DNA of 64,000 nt from Akkermansia sp. (GTDB taxonomy: Bacteria > Verrucomicrobiota > Verrucomicrobiia > Verrucomicrobiales > Akkermansiaceae), in assembly GCA_045614585.1 (NCBI GenBank), contig JAZLDD010000072.1, positions 6,761 through 70,760 of the forward strand, written 5' to 3'. The first letter of the stretch is position 1. Every line of letters begins with the position of its first letter. The notes beneath the pieces were generated by a model. That model was not told the DNA's origin and did no database searches. It saw only the letters and a program-made list of their open reading frames with translations. Positions 10,708 through 21,482 of this stretch are shown here, piece after piece. The translations under genes were made by a program, and so were the position numbers.

Positions 10708-13578
10708 ATGGAGTACGAGACCGAGCCCCAGATGCCCATGCGAGAAAGACGAACCTGGCCTACACGAGTGACGGGTGCGTGTCTTATTCTGGTGTGCTTG
10801 TTTCTTGCGTGCAGTGTATTGAGCTATAAGCACGGTGAAATGGGTTGGGACTTCCTGAATCCCACAGGCGGTGCGGCTGCGGAAAGCGCACCGTGTACTA
10901 ACTGGCTGGGTCTCATCGGTCTGTATCTGGCTGGCATTTTCAATTGGTTGCTTGGAGCTGCCACTCTGTATGCACTGGCTCTGATTGTTGTTTTTTCAAT
11001 TGGACTGATTATATGGCCGCGCAGACCATATGTGCTGCAGCTGGTCGCCATGCTGGCGCTGATTATCTTTGCCTCCGCGTTGCTGGCACTGCAGCCATGG
11101 TTTCTTGATGGCTGGAAATCAGCCCACCATCTGTATTCAGCTGGTGGGTTGCTAGGGTATCTGGATGGATGCTGTGTGGCAGAACCCTTTATAGGAACTC
11201 GCTGGTCGTTGGTTTTGTTTCTGCTGCTGCATGCAATAGCATGGATTTATTTTGCGCGTTTCACCTTTATCCAGTTCTGGCGGGATGTCTGGTTCGACAT
11301 TGTAGACACATGGTGCCGCTGGCGAGATAAGCGAGCTGAAAAGCTCGAAAGAAAGCGCGCAGCGCGAGAGCAGATGCTCCGCGAGCGGAACGAACAACTC
11401 GAGCGAGAGAGAGCTGCAGCACAGGCTGCGGCCGCTGCAGATGCAGAAGTTGCCGCCGTAGAAGCGCGGCGGGCTGCAGGAAAGGATTCGGACCGCTTGT
11501 TTACGGATGATGAGATGCCTGCGCCAGTACCGGCCCGCAAGCGTCCAGTACAGGAAGCTCGCCGTCAAGTGGAACCGGCATATGAAGAACCCGATTATCC
11601 ACCGCTCCAGTCATTTGAGCAGCAGATGGCCGAATCCCGCCGCCGCGAGGCGCAGCGCGTGGAAACTCAGCGTCCGCCTACCGGGCGCGGCAGGCAGTAT
11701 GCCCCCTCCAGCAACCGTACAAACCTGCTGGACCTGATGGCCCCTGTCGAGGAAGAGATAGCGTTGCGCAATGCTCCCGGCGCAGATTTCTCATCCAGAC
11801 CACAGCCTCGGAATACACCGGTGAATACACGTTTGCAGGAACAGGTGAATCGCCGCATCGCGAATTCTGCTCCCGCACCGAAACCTGCAGCCAAAGCCAC
11901 GCCTGCTCCTGCGGCAAAGGTTCATACTTCGAAAGCTCCTGCTATTCAGAATAAGAAGGATACACGGGTGCAATTCGAAGACTATCCTCTGCCTCCGTAT
12001 GATTTATTGAAATATGAGCCGGTTTCACAGGAACTGACTGCTGCAGCTCAATCCGAGATGATGGAAATGCAGCAGCGTATCATCGATACGATGGATACAT
12101 TCAAGATTGAGGTGAAACCGGGCGATATCACCCGTGGTCCCAGTATCACCCGCTATGAGTTTTATCCGCCCCGCGGTCTGAGAGTAGGCCGTATTGCCCA
12201 GTTGGATAAGGATATCATGATGGCAACCAGCTCAAAATCCGTCAATATCCTTGCGCCGATTCCCGGCAAGAACACGGTCGGTATAGAGCTGGAGAACGCA
12301 CAGAAATCGCCGGTGTATCTTCGAGAGCTGCTCCAGTCTGATAATTTCAATAACCCGAAACTCCGCATACCTGTGGCGCTGGGTAAGGATGTGTACGGCA
12401 ATGCCGTGATTGGTGACTTGGCGGCCATGCCGCATACGCTGGTTGCCGGTACTACAGGTTCCGGTAAGTCTGTGTGTATCAACAGCATGATTCTTTCCAT
12501 GCTTTATAAATTCCGCCCCGAGGAGCTTAAACTCATTCTGGTTGACCCCAAGGTGGTGGAAATGCAGCCTTATCGCAAACTGCCGCATCTTATCTGCCCG
12601 GTGGTGACTCAGCCGGGGCGTGTTATTGGTGCGTTGCGCTGGGCTGTGAATGAGATGGAACGCCGCTACCGCTTGTTCAGCCAGGTGGGGGTACGCAATT
12701 TCGAGGATTTCAATAACCGCGAAGATGACGGACCTGTTGAGGAACCGGTAGAAGAAGAGCAGACCACCATTGATTACGCAGCCATAGAGGCAATGGCCAG
12801 CGAGATTGAACGGCAGGCTGAGGATGAGGTTGCTCTCTCCAAAGAAGAGGAGCAGGATGAGTTTGATTTTAATGACCCGGAACCGATTCCGCTCAAGCTG
12901 CCGTATGTGGTGATTATCATTGATGAGCTGGCTGACCTCATGATGGTAGTGAAGGAAGATCTGGAAAACTATATTGCCCGTCTTACACAGAAGGCCCGTG
13001 CAGCCGGCATTCACCTGGTGGCTGCTACGCAGACACCGCGTGCCAATGTGGTGACCGGTACTATCAAGGCCAACATTCCGAGCCGTATTGCCTTCCGCGT
13101 GGCAAGCCCGCTTGATTCCCGTATCATTCTGGATACGGCCGGTGCAGAAAACCTGCTGGGCAAGGGCGACAGCCTGTTCCTGCCCCCGGGCGGTATCACC
13201 AAGATGACGCGAGTGCAGGGTGCTTTTGTGAGCGATGCCGAAATTGCTAAGATTATCGCCCATTGCGCGGCGCATGCCAAACAGAAATTTGAGCAGGGCG
13301 TAGCTGCTGAAATGGATAATGCCGAGGGTGGTTCTCCGAATGCGGACAATGGTGGTCGCATTGGCACCAAGGGCATGAGCGATGAGGATTCTGAGTTGTA
13401 TACACGCTGCGTGCAACTGGTGGTGACGGAGCGTAAGGCCAGTACTTCGCTGCTGCAGCGTCGCTTCAGCATCGGCTATGGTCGTGCCGCCAAGATTATG
13501 GATATGATGGAGGAGAATGGTGTGATTTCTGCTCCCTCTGGCGCGACCCGCGCCCGCGAAGTGCTGGTGGATGCGTAA
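10708..13578 (+). CDS. ftsK: DNA translocase FtsK
   Basis: N-terminal TM domain, Pro-rich linker, AGTTGSGKS, IIDELADLM, GAENLLGKGD, gamma domain STSLLQRRFSIGYGRAA. Confidence 0.96.
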   Translation: MEYETEPQMPMRERRTWPTRVTGACLILVCLFLACSVLSYKHGEMGWDFLNPTGGAAAESAPCTNWLGLIGLYLAGIFNWLLGAATLYALALIVVFSIGLIIWPRRPYVLQLVAMLALIIFASALLALQPWFLDGWKSAHHLYSAGGLLGYLDGCCVAEPFIGTRWSLVLFLLLHAIAWIYFARFTFIQFWRDVWFDIVDTWCRWRDKRAEKLERKRAAREQMLRERNEQLERERAAAQAAAAADAEVAAVEARRAAGKDSDRLFTDDEMPAPVPARKRPVQEARRQVEPAYEEPDYPPLQSFEQQMAESRRREAQRVETQRPPTGRGRQYAPSSNRTNLLDLMAPVEEEIALRNAPGADFSSRPQPRNTPVNTRLQEQVNRRIANSAPAPKPAAKATPAPAAKVHTSKAPAIQNKKDTRVQFEDYPLPPYDLLKYEPVSQELTAAAQSEMMEMQQRIIDTMDTFKIEVKPGDITRGPSITRYEFYPPRGLRVGRIAQLDKDIMMATSSKSVNILAPIPGKNTVGIELENAQKSPVYLRELLQSDNFNNPKLRIPVALGKDVYGNAVIGDLAAMPHTLVAGTTGSGKSVCINSMILSMLYKFRPEELKLILVDPKVVEMQPYRKLPHLICPVVTQPGRVIGALRWAVNEMERRYRLFSQVGVRNFEDFNNREDDGPVEEPVEEEQTTIDYAAIEAMASEIERQAEDEVALSKEEEQDEFDFNDPEPIPLKLPYVVIIIDELADLMMVVKEDLENYIARLTQKARAAGIHLVAATQTPRANVVTGTIKANIPSRIAFRVASPLDSRIILDTAGAENLLGKGDSLFLPPGGITKMTRVQGAFVSDAEIAKIIAHCAAHAKQKFEQGVAAEMDNAEGGSPNADNGGRIGTKGMSDEDSELYTRCVQLVVTERKASTSLLQRRFSIGYGRAAKIMDMMEENGVISAPSGATRAREVLVDA

Positions 13579-13657
13579 TGTCCATGCTTCCGGTTTTGTG
13601 CGCGTTCATACGGCGGGGTACTGCATGGCCCGCTTGTGCAGTCTGAAGGAAAAATTA

Positions 13658-13700
13658 CAAAACAGCATCCCCGGAATGTGACTCCAGGGATGCTTTTGTT
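13658..13700. terminator. Bidirectional terminator-like hairpin after ftsK
   Basis: AGCATCCC...GGGATGCT stem flanked by A and T runs. Confidence 0.65.
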
Positions 13701-13954
13701 GTATTCGGGTAGGGTGCGACTGCGTGGGCACAGGGGAGCCGTTTCATCGACACAGTGGGTGTGTGATTACGTAGCGGCGAGCTGAGCTTGCAGTCAATGG
13801 GGCTCGGTAAGAGACGTTGCTTCAGTGCAGACGCGGGTTACCGTGACTTGGTTCAGACGGGAAAATGGTAGCGTGTGCCAATGGCAGCTGACGCGGGTAT
13901 CAAATGGAATCCGGCAAAGGAAAATGGATTTGATTGAGCGCGGCCCAGAGCAAA

Positions 13955-14806
13955 CTAAATGGGGCTTCGTAGCAAAATTGCGCTTATCGCCGGAGCGGGT
14001 GAGAAAGTGTCCTCAGAGGAAGTGGTAGAAATGGGGTGGTTGGGAGCCGATTGGCCGGAAAACGGAAAGGATGGAGGAACGTAGTTTTCTACCTGTGGAG
14101 GTGCAAGATATGCTGTTGCGGTGTTTATGGGGATTGACTGCATGTCAGGAGGTGGTGAGGTGTTGAATTGAGGGGGTGCGTCTGGAGGTGCTGCGTAACG
14201 TGCCTTGCCGGTGGAAAATTCCTCGAAGCTGGGCATGCCGGTTTGTCTGGCGTGGTACTCAAGCTCGTATACCAGGCGGTGGAGCATTTCTTCAGGCAGG
14301 CGCGGATTACCATCCGAGAGAACGGTTGCGCTGCAAGGATTGGCCGATGCCATCATCTGCTCGATGCGTGATGCCTGGCCGTTGTACTGGAGCGCAAACA
14401 TGTACAGCGACAATTTCATGACGCTGGCTGTGTCCAGTTGCAGTTTGCTGCAGATGTTGCGAAGAACCCGGTGCATGACCTGGTTGCTCCGGAGACTGAA
14501 TCCGGAAACTTTGTCGTTACCTTCTTCTTCTTCTACCTTTCCGGGCTTCAGCCCTGCCGGATAGGGCTTCTGGGGTTGCACGCGGTACTTATCAAGAATC
14601 TCGCGCGTGCGCAGCGGATTCTGGCTAATTTCATCCAACAGCATATCGCGGAATCGGATGGCTTCGTCACGGGCGGCATCCTCACTCCCGTACTGCTTGT
14701 CGGAGAAGTAGCGGGCTAAGGTTGTACCCTGTCTGTTGATTGCGACCCTCCAGCCTTGGAAGTTCGTGTACATGTATGTGAATCGGGTGATATGACGCAG
14801 ATTCAT
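13955..14806 (-). CDS. AP2-like DNA-binding domain protein with Pro-rich tail
   Basis: GWRVAINRQG...RYFSDKQYGSEDAARDEAIRFRD resembles bacterial AP2 domains. Confidence 0.6.
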   Translation of the reverse strand: MNLRHITRFTYMYTNFQGWRVAINRQGTTLARYFSDKQYGSEDAARDEAIRFRDMLLDEISQNPLRTREILDKYRVQPQKPYPAGLKPGKVEEEEGNDKVSGFSLRSNQVMHRVLRNICSKLQLDTASVMKLSLYMFALQYNGQASRIEQMMASANPCSATVLSDGNPRLPEEMLHRLVYELEYHARQTGMPSFEEFSTGKARYAAPPDAPPQFNTSPPPDMQSIPINTATAYLAPPQVENYVPPSFPFSGQSAPNHPISTTSSEDTFSPAPAISAILLRSPI

Positions 14807-15184
14807 AGCGAGGGTATTTTATGTGTACCAGTATCAGGTTTCAACTTCTATTAGTTGTATGTCAGCTAATTTGCACCCGGGAAATTACTTTCCGCGTACG
14901 GTGTATTTCTCTGACCTGTCTGCAGTTTATTCCATTGTTACAGGATGTCAATCCTATTTATATTGTAGAAATAAAAAAATACAAAAAAAATTCAGGTATT
15001 GATGTCGTCTGCTATGCTGTTGCCATGCCTGGTTTTCAAAATCCTCATTCAAGCCCGGTTGTCACCAGCGTGATACGGGAGAAAGAAGACCAGTACATCT
15101 GGTTGTTTCCTTCCGACAGTATACAGGATTTTTCAGTCGGCTGAAAGTCGTTCAAACCTCAGCCTCAATAGGCTGGCTGAGATC

Positions 15185-16123
15185 TCAGTTTGTGCGCTGT
15201 TCTTCCCACTCCGGGAGCTCGTGGCCAATGAGCCACGGGGTGTATTCTGCGGGGATGGGGGATTGAATGGCGATGCGGCGCCCGTCTGCCGGGTGGTTGA
15301 ACGCCAGACGCCATGCGTGCAGCATGAGTCGCCCTGGTCTGGCTTTCTGCCGTTGCGGGTGGGCGTAGATGGGATCGCCGATGAGCGGATGCCCCAGGTG
15401 CAGCATATGTACTCGGATCTGGTGTGTGCGTCCGGTGTGCAGGGTACACATGACGAGTGATGAATCGGAGGCGGCATCGTAGTGCAGTACCTCCCAGTCG
15501 GTAATAGCGGGTTTGCCGCTGCCGGGGTTCACTACCGACATTTTAAGCCGGTTGACCGGGTGCCGACCGATATTGGTGAACACCGTGCCTTTTTGTTCTT
15601 TGGGGCAGCCCTGGACCACAGCCAGATAGATTTTACCCGTATCCCGCTCTGCAAACTGGGTGGTGAGGGAGAGGTGCGCCTGGTCATTCTTAGCAACCAC
15701 GATACAGCCGCTTGTGTCCTTATCGAGCCGGTGTACGATGCCGGGTCTCTCCACGCCACCGATGCCGGATAAATCACCACAATGGAAGAGTACGGCATTC
15801 ACCAGGGTGCCATCCGGGTTGCCTGCTGCCGGGTGCACTACCATACCGCTTTCCTTGTCGATGACGATGACATGCTTATCTTCGTAAAGTACAGAAATGG
15901 GTATATCCTGCGGCTGGGCTTCGGCAGGTTCCGGTTCCGGGATGCTCACTTCAATGCGCATGTCCCGTTCTACCGGTGTTTTGGCTTTTGTCGGTTTACC
16001 ATTTACAGTAATTTCGCCCCCTTTAATGAGCGCCTGAATGCGCGCACGGGAGAGCTCCGGCAGTTGGGCTGCCAGATATTGGTCGAGACGTGAGCCAAGC
16101 TGGTCTTCTACAATGATGAGCAT
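15185..16123 (-). CDS. rluD: RluA/RluD-family 23S rRNA pseudouridine synthase
   Basis: S4 domain RLDQYLA..SRARIQ; GIVHRLDKDTSG; TGRTHQIRVH; MLHA. Confidence 0.9.
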   Translation of the reverse strand: MLIIVEDQLGSRLDQYLAAQLPELSRARIQALIKGGEITVNGKPTKAKTPVERDMRIEVSIPEPEPAEAQPQDIPISVLYEDKHVIVIDKESGMVVHPAAGNPDGTLVNAVLFHCGDLSGIGGVERPGIVHRLDKDTSGCIVVAKNDQAHLSLTTQFAERDTGKIYLAVVQGCPKEQKGTVFTNIGRHPVNRLKMSVVNPGSGKPAITDWEVLHYDAASDSSLVMCTLHTGRTHQIRVHMLHLGHPLIGDPIYAHPQRQKARPGRLMLHAWRLAFNHPADGRRIAIQSPIPAEYTPWLIGHELPEWEEQRTN

Positions 16124-16125
16124 GA

Positions 16126-16887
16126 TTACATGCCGGTGGGGTTATCGATGAACACGGTGGGCAGCCCGAACTGTTCTTCCAGCAGTTTACCCAGGGAGCG
16201 TACGCCGAATGTCTCAGTGGCGTAATGCCCGGCAAAGAGGATGTTGACACCCATGTCGCGGGCGGCATTGCTTACCCAGTGGTTTTCTTCGCCGGTGAGG
16301 TAGGTGCCATAGCCTTTGGCGTGCATCTGGTAAATTTCCTCGCCGCCGCCACCGCTGCAAAGTGCTATGCGCCCGGCTGGCTGGCTGGCATCATGGATGA
16401 CCCCGGTAACCGGGGCACCGGTGATTTCTGCATATTTTAAGCGCAGTTCCCGTACCGTGCCGGAGAAAATGCCGGAAAGACCGATAAGTGTGCCGTGGTA
16501 GTCCACCTCCGGCTGCACCTCGGAGAGACCCAGCGCTTGCGCAATTCCAGCATTGTTGCCCAGAGTGGGGTGCAGATCCAGCGGCAGGTGAGCGGAGTAG
16601 ATGGCCAGGTTATTGCTCAGACAGGTGGTGAGTTTCTGCTTCCACCAACCTGTCACCGGCTGCAGTCCGCACCAGAAAATGCCATGGTGCAGCACCAGCA
16701 GATCGGCCCCGGCGGCAATGGCGTCATCAATGGTCTTCTGCGAGCCGTCTACGCCGAGCGCCACCTTGGTGACGCATCCGTTGTTTTCCACCTGCAATCC
16801 GTTCATGGCCACGGATGCATCCTTGATGTCGCGGATGCGCAGGGTATTGTCCAGCAGAGATACGATATCAGAAAGCGGGGTATTCAT
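16126..16887 (-). CDS. Nif3-like dinuclear metal centre protein (YbgI/NIF3)
   Basis: NGLQVE, LVLHHG, AHLPLDLHP.LGNN, AGHYATETFG. Confidence 0.92.
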   Translation of the reverse strand: MNTPLSDIVSLLDNTLRIRDIKDASVAMNGLQVENNGCVTKVALGVDGSQKTIDDAIAAGADLLVLHHGIFWCGLQPVTGWWKQKLTTCLSNNLAIYSAHLPLDLHPTLGNNAGIAQALGLSEVQPEVDYHGTLIGLSGIFSGTVRELRLKYAEITGAPVTGVIHDASQPAGRIALCSGGGGEEIYQMHAKGYGTYLTGEENHWVSNAARDMGVNILFAGHYATETFGVRSLGKLLEEQFGLPTVFIDNPTGM

Positions 16888-16892
16888 ATAAT

Positions 16893-17876
16893 TTATTCGG
16901 CGTTGCCTGGGTAGACGGTGCGGTTGGCTATTTCTTTGTTCAGTCGCTTGTTGAACTCGCTGGCCATGTCATAGCCGCTGTCGCGGAGGTAGCGACCGAG
17001 GGCGGCCACTTCCACCAGACGGCTCATATCTCGCCCGGGTGCCACAGGCAGGTTGAGGTGCTCCACATCTACCCCCAGGATGTTGATATACTTGCGTTCC
17101 AGACCGAGTCGCTCCATTTCGGTCATTTCGCCGCTGAAAAGATTGATGACCAGGTCGATTCGCTTTTCTTTGCGGTATGCTTTCAAACCGAATAGATTGG
17201 TGACATTGATAATGCCGAGACCGCGGATTTCAATAAACCCGCGACTGAGTTGTGGCGCTGTGGCTATAAGATCACCACCCAGATTCCGGATGCGCACCAT
17301 GTCATCCGCCACCAGTGATGAGCCACGCTCTACCAGACCAAGGGAAATTTCGCTTTTACCTACGCCACCTTTGCCCGTGATGAGAACACCGACGCCACGG
17401 ACGTCCACCATACAGGCGTGCATGGTGGTGCTGTCTGCAAATTCGTTTTCGAGTATATAGGTAGCCCGGTTTACGAACTCCATAGTGAGCAGGGCTGTGC
17501 GGAAAACACAGAGCTTATAGCGGTCTGCAATGGCCAGTACATCACCCGGTACATCGACCCCGCGGGCAAAGATGAGGCAGGGGGCATCCTGACTGCAGAT
17601 GCGATCCAATCGCTCTTCCCGTTCCTTTGCCGTCATGGTACCCAGGTAGGCCATTTCTGCCGCGCCGAATACTTGAATCCGCTCATGGGCAAAGTAACCG
17701 AAATAACCGGCCAGCGCCAGACCGGGACGGTTGAACGCCGGTTGTACGATGGGGCGCGACATGCCCAGCGGCGTGTTAAGGAGCTGCAGTTCCAGTGTGC
17801 TGCGGTATTTTTCGTAAAAACGACTTACCGGAACTTGTTCGACTTTGCGGACAATGGGGGTCTTCATCTGCTTCAC
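16893..17876 (-). CDS. hprK: HPr kinase/phosphorylase
   Basis: RPGLALAGYF, GVLITGKGGVGKSE, LVADD, EIRGLGIINV, PVAPGR. Confidence 0.93.
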   Translation of the reverse strand: MKQMKTPIVRKVEQVPVSRFYEKYRSTLELQLLNTPLGMSRPIVQPAFNRPGLALAGYFGYFAHERIQVFGAAEMAYLGTMTAKEREERLDRICSQDAPCLIFARGVDVPGDVLAIADRYKLCVFRTALLTMEFVNRATYILENEFADSTTMHACMVDVRGVGVLITGKGGVGKSEISLGLVERGSSLVADDMVRIRNLGGDLIATAPQLSRGFIEIRGLGIINVTNLFGLKAYRKEKRIDLVINLFSGEMTEMERLGLERKYINILGVDVEHLNLPVAPGRDMSRLVEVAALGRYLRDSGYDMASEFNKRLNKEIANRTVYPGNAE

Positions 17877-17952
17877 ATTCTACAGGATGCAACTTACCGG
17901 GTCAAGGGATTTTATCCTGGAGATGGGTGGCAGGTTCTGCAGTTTATTTAAC

Positions 17953-20391
17953 TTATTTCTGACCGAGGTCAATATAGTTAGTCTGGCGAATGTATTGCGC
18001 CCAGTCGCTGAATTGTTTACGCTTGGCAGGGGCGGCAGATTCCGCATTCCATTCAGCAAGCCTGTCTGCCATATTGGCGGCATCGGCATAACGGTTCAGA
18101 TAGAGCAGCTGCATGACGGCACCCGCGCCGGCGCTATATACGATGTGCCAGTCTGCAGGAGCGGGAGATTCACCCATTGCCGGCTTCATGGAGAAAATTT
18201 CTTCATAATCGCGCAGAGCTTCTTCGTGCCGGCCGGCCCGGTCGCACAGGGTGGCATGGTGAAGCAGTATGCGGTACCGCCACCAATCTGGCAGATTTTT
18301 TTCTGCGAGAGATTGCCCTACAAGGTCAATTGCAGCCGCACGGCCTTCTTCTGTGCCCTGGAGCGCTTTTTTGTTTGCAAGTACCGCGTGCGCCATCACT
18401 TTGTCTTCTGGCCGCATGTCCGGGTGACTGCGGAGCAGGTGCACCAATGTATGCTCGGCTGACTCAAGATCGCCAAGCCTCAGCTTGACCGCTGCATGGT
18501 GAATGGTGGCTTTGACGGCAAGTTCTTCGTTGCGGGCGGCACAGGTCGCGTAAATTTCTGCGGCGCGGCGCAGGGAATCCGGCGTAGCAATGAATTCTGA
18601 TTCGCGTGCGGACATGTAAAGTGCCCGGCCCACGAAATCACCCTTGGGGTATTTTAGAATCAATGTTTTGAGAGTCTTCTGCGCTTCTACATGCAAGCCG
18701 CAGGATGATTGCAGACTTGCCAGATGGAGGGTGAGCACCGCAACTACCTTGGGATGCCGCACCTTGCTGGCAGCCTGTTTTATCATATCCATGGCCGCCT
18801 CGGGTACGTTAATTTCATCTACAGTTCCCGCGAGTCTGCGCATGATTTCTTCCTGCAGAGCATAGAAGCGCAACTGACGCTCGGGACTGAGCTTGATAAG
18901 ATTGTCGCTGATGAAGCTTTTCTGTAGCAATTCTCTGGCTCGGGCCGGATCCTGCATCATATGCAGATAGGCCTGGTCCATTTCCACATCGGCTTTCAAA
19001 TCCAGTGAGGGAGCAGGAGATGTCAGCAGCGTGTCTATATCGGCCTGAGCTTTGGCCGTATCCTTATCAAGCCAGTAACCTGCGCGGGCCAGGAGCAGGG
19101 CATAGTGCTGCTCTTCTGATATATCCGGGGAATTGAGAACAGCTTCCTGTGTGGCTTCATCGCCGGATTTAAGCGCACAGATGAGGGCATTGAGCAAAGC
19201 TGCAGGTCTGAGCTGCTCGGGTGCTTCTCGTGCGCAGTCCAGATATTGCCTGGCCGTAGTGGGCGATTCCGGTTCGTGAAGCTGGGTTTCGAAGAAGTGT
19301 TTGTAAGCATCATCTCCCTGTATCATGCCCAGATACAGCAGCGCTTCGTGAGTCTGGTTTCGCTCCAGAAACCAGCGGACCTGCTCCAGCAGAATGATAC
19401 GGGTTGCCGGTTCATTGGGGCAGGTTGCAGCGGCATTGTTGGCATATGTCACATCCGGTTCAAGCTCCAGGGAGTTTTCCGGAGTATTGAGGTGCTGCTG
19501 GAGCAGCAGTGCTATGGATGCCCGCCGCGGTTTGAGCGGCTCATTCATCCACTCCTTCAGTTTGGTCCTGGCGTATTCGCTTGTTTCGAATGCTTTGTGC
19601 TGCTGAAGCCGCCGGAATGCCTCTGCAAGAAGTGGAGATTCCGGATTGGCTGAGATGAAATGGAGCAGAGTTTCTTCTCCTTTACCATCGTCATAGTCTG
19701 CCGCAACGTTATTCTCTTCTTTTCCGATAATGGGGAGAACCGGCCGGTGTTGAGGCGTCTGCTCTTTGCTGGAGGTCTCTTCCTTGGCGTAATAGACTTC
19801 GGAAAGAGCAAGTCTGGCGCGCTGCCGCATTATCTGACTGAGAGAGCGGTCGTTTTCCATGTTGCGGCATTGCTCTATGGCTTTATCAAATTCACCCTGG
19901 AGTCTCAGATTTTCAATTTCCAGCAGCCTCAGCAAGGGCTGAAGCTCCGGTTGCCCCGATGCCAGATGCCGAAACCGCTCCAGGGCGGTGTTGTCCTGAC
20001 CGGCAGGTTGGCGCAGCCAGTGTTCCGCCAGTGCAGCTGTTGCAAGATTGGCAATTTCTTTGTTGCCGCCGGTGGCCATGGGAGTAGCGATAACGGCAAA
20101 ATCAACACTGTTACTTTTCCACGCACAATACAGCAGAGCCTTTGCCGCGTATGGATACAAATCGTGCTCCTGCGGAACATCTGACAGTGCTGCTGCCGCC
20201 TCTTGCAGACGCCCAAGCGCAATGAGTGCTCTTCCTTTCCAGAAGGCCGCTTCAGGTGAGGAATCATGCAGCACTGCATCCAGTGCTTCGGCCGGCCGAT
20301 TCTCTCTCACAAGCTCTGCGGCTCGCTGTGAATCCGCCAGAGCTGCCGTGTGTGTGAGTAAGGCAAGGGAGAGAATGAAATGAGGCTTCAT
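17953..20391 (-). CDS. Secreted tetratricopeptide-repeat-like protein
   Basis: Signal peptide MKPHFILSLALLTHTAALA; helical TPR-like repeats. Confidence 0.75.
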   Translation of the reverse strand: MKPHFILSLALLTHTAALADSQRAAELVRENRPAEALDAVLHDSSPEAAFWKGRALIALGRLQEAAAALSDVPQEHDLYPYAAKALLYCAWKSNSVDFAVIATPMATGGNKEIANLATAALAEHWLRQPAGQDNTALERFRHLASGQPELQPLLRLLEIENLRLQGEFDKAIEQCRNMENDRSLSQIMRQRARLALSEVYYAKEETSSKEQTPQHRPVLPIIGKEENNVAADYDDGKGEETLLHFISANPESPLLAEAFRRLQQHKAFETSEYARTKLKEWMNEPLKPRRASIALLLQQHLNTPENSLELEPDVTYANNAAATCPNEPATRIILLEQVRWFLERNQTHEALLYLGMIQGDDAYKHFFETQLHEPESPTTARQYLDCAREAPEQLRPAALLNALICALKSGDEATQEAVLNSPDISEEQHYALLLARAGYWLDKDTAKAQADIDTLLTSPAPSLDLKADVEMDQAYLHMMQDPARARELLQKSFISDNLIKLSPERQLRFYALQEEIMRRLAGTVDEINVPEAAMDMIKQAASKVRHPKVVAVLTLHLASLQSSCGLHVEAQKTLKTLILKYPKGDFVGRALYMSARESEFIATPDSLRRAAEIYATCAARNEELAVKATIHHAAVKLRLGDLESAEHTLVHLLRSHPDMRPEDKVMAHAVLANKKALQGTEEGRAAAIDLVGQSLAEKNLPDWWRYRILLHHATLCDRAGRHEEALRDYEEIFSMKPAMGESPAPADWHIVYSAGAGAVMQLLYLNRYADAANMADRLAEWNAESAAPAKRKQFSDWAQYIRQTNYIDLGQK

Positions 20392-20417
20392 AAAGCGGAA
20401 AAGGGAAGAGGTGCTCG

Positions 20418-21482
20418 TTATCTGTTCTTTGCCATCGAGGTGGACGGGTATTTGCCTTCCAGCCACAGAAATTGCGTGATATAACCCATCCCGGAGCGGG
20501 TAAGCGCTGCGTTGGTGCTGTTATTCTTGACGCGGTTGACGGTACAGTTCTGCTGCAGGGTCGGCATGGGGCGGCATGAAACGATGCGCGGCTGCACAAC
20601 TTCGTAATCCGCAGGGTAAATACCGATAGGGAGGCCTTCTGCCGTGAAAGCTATTTCGAGACTTTCGGGGCGTGTGGTTTCTTTATTGCTTCCTTTGTAG
20701 AGGAAAGGATACCGGCGGAGGATATCCATGGCACCCACGCAAGGTACAGCCACGCGATAGTGCTCTTTCAGCGTTGAGAAATAACGGGAGAGAGAAAAAG
20801 CCTCTCCATTTCTGCAGGCAAGAAGTACTTTGGTCGGGTCAAATCCTGCCAGATTCATGCCGTTAAAATTACCATGCTTATTTTCGCCGGTGTAAAAATC
20901 AGCAAATCTGCTGTTGATCATGAGCGCAATCTCGAGATGCAGGTGAGCGCGGGTCTTGTTCAGCCCGACTCCACTGTATCCTAATATGCCCAGTACATGA
21001 TTCCTGCTGAGCTTATCCCCCACATGGCATGAGACTTTGGCCAGATGAGCATAAAGCGAGTAAATGCAGCCCTCCGGTACACGGTGGGCTACAACTACAT
21101 AACGCCCATAGTTGCTGTGCCCCGGGTTGCTGCTTGTATGAACCACAACTCCGGGGGCAATGGGGCGCACATCATCCTGCGGCACCCCGTTTGCATCACG
21201 GTATATGGGTTTGACATCTATCCCCTCGTGAAACCTGCTGTACAGCACCGGGCCGCCCGGTGCCGTGCGGAACGGATTCCTCACCATCCCATATGTGCCG
21301 GCTTGCCAGGGCTTTGTTTTTTCTCCTTCGAAATTCCGGTCTACGTACATGTAGTAATCATCGCCACCACCGGAGTACAGACTGTTATTATCCGTGGGAA
21401 GCGTAAATACCAGATTTTCCTGCTGCGTCCATGCCGGAGCGCAGAGCAGCACCAGGGAGACTATGAAGCGAAATTTGCTCAC
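20418..21482 (-). CDS. M23 family metallopeptidase
   Basis: FHEGID, YGRYVVVAH, YAHL, HLHLE; signal peptide. Confidence 0.88.
   Translation of the reverse strand: MSKFRFIVSLVLLCAPAWTQQENLVFTLPTDNNSLYSGGGDDYYMYVDRNFEGEKTKPWQAGTYGMVRNPFRTAPGGPVLYSRFHEGIDVKPIYRDANGVPQDDVRPIAPGVVVHTSSNPGHSNYGRYVVVAHRVPEGCIYSLYAHLAKVSCHVGDKLSRNHVLGILGYSGVGLNKTRAHLHLEIALMINSRFADFYTGENKHGNFNGMNLAGFDPTKVLLACRNGEAFSLSRYFSTLKEHYRVAVPCVGAMDILRRYPFLYKGSNKETTRPESLEIAFTAEGLPIGIYPADYEVVQPRIVSCRPMPTLQQNCTVNRVKNNSTNAALTRSGMGYITQFLWLEGKYPSTSMAKNR

Noticed and set aside
13700-13955. Readthrough or frameshift extension of the AP2-like gene
   Set aside because: All minus frames close within a short distance and give no recognisable protein
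14821-15144. 107-aa + strand ORF
   Set aside because: AT-rich intergenic-like composition with no coding signature
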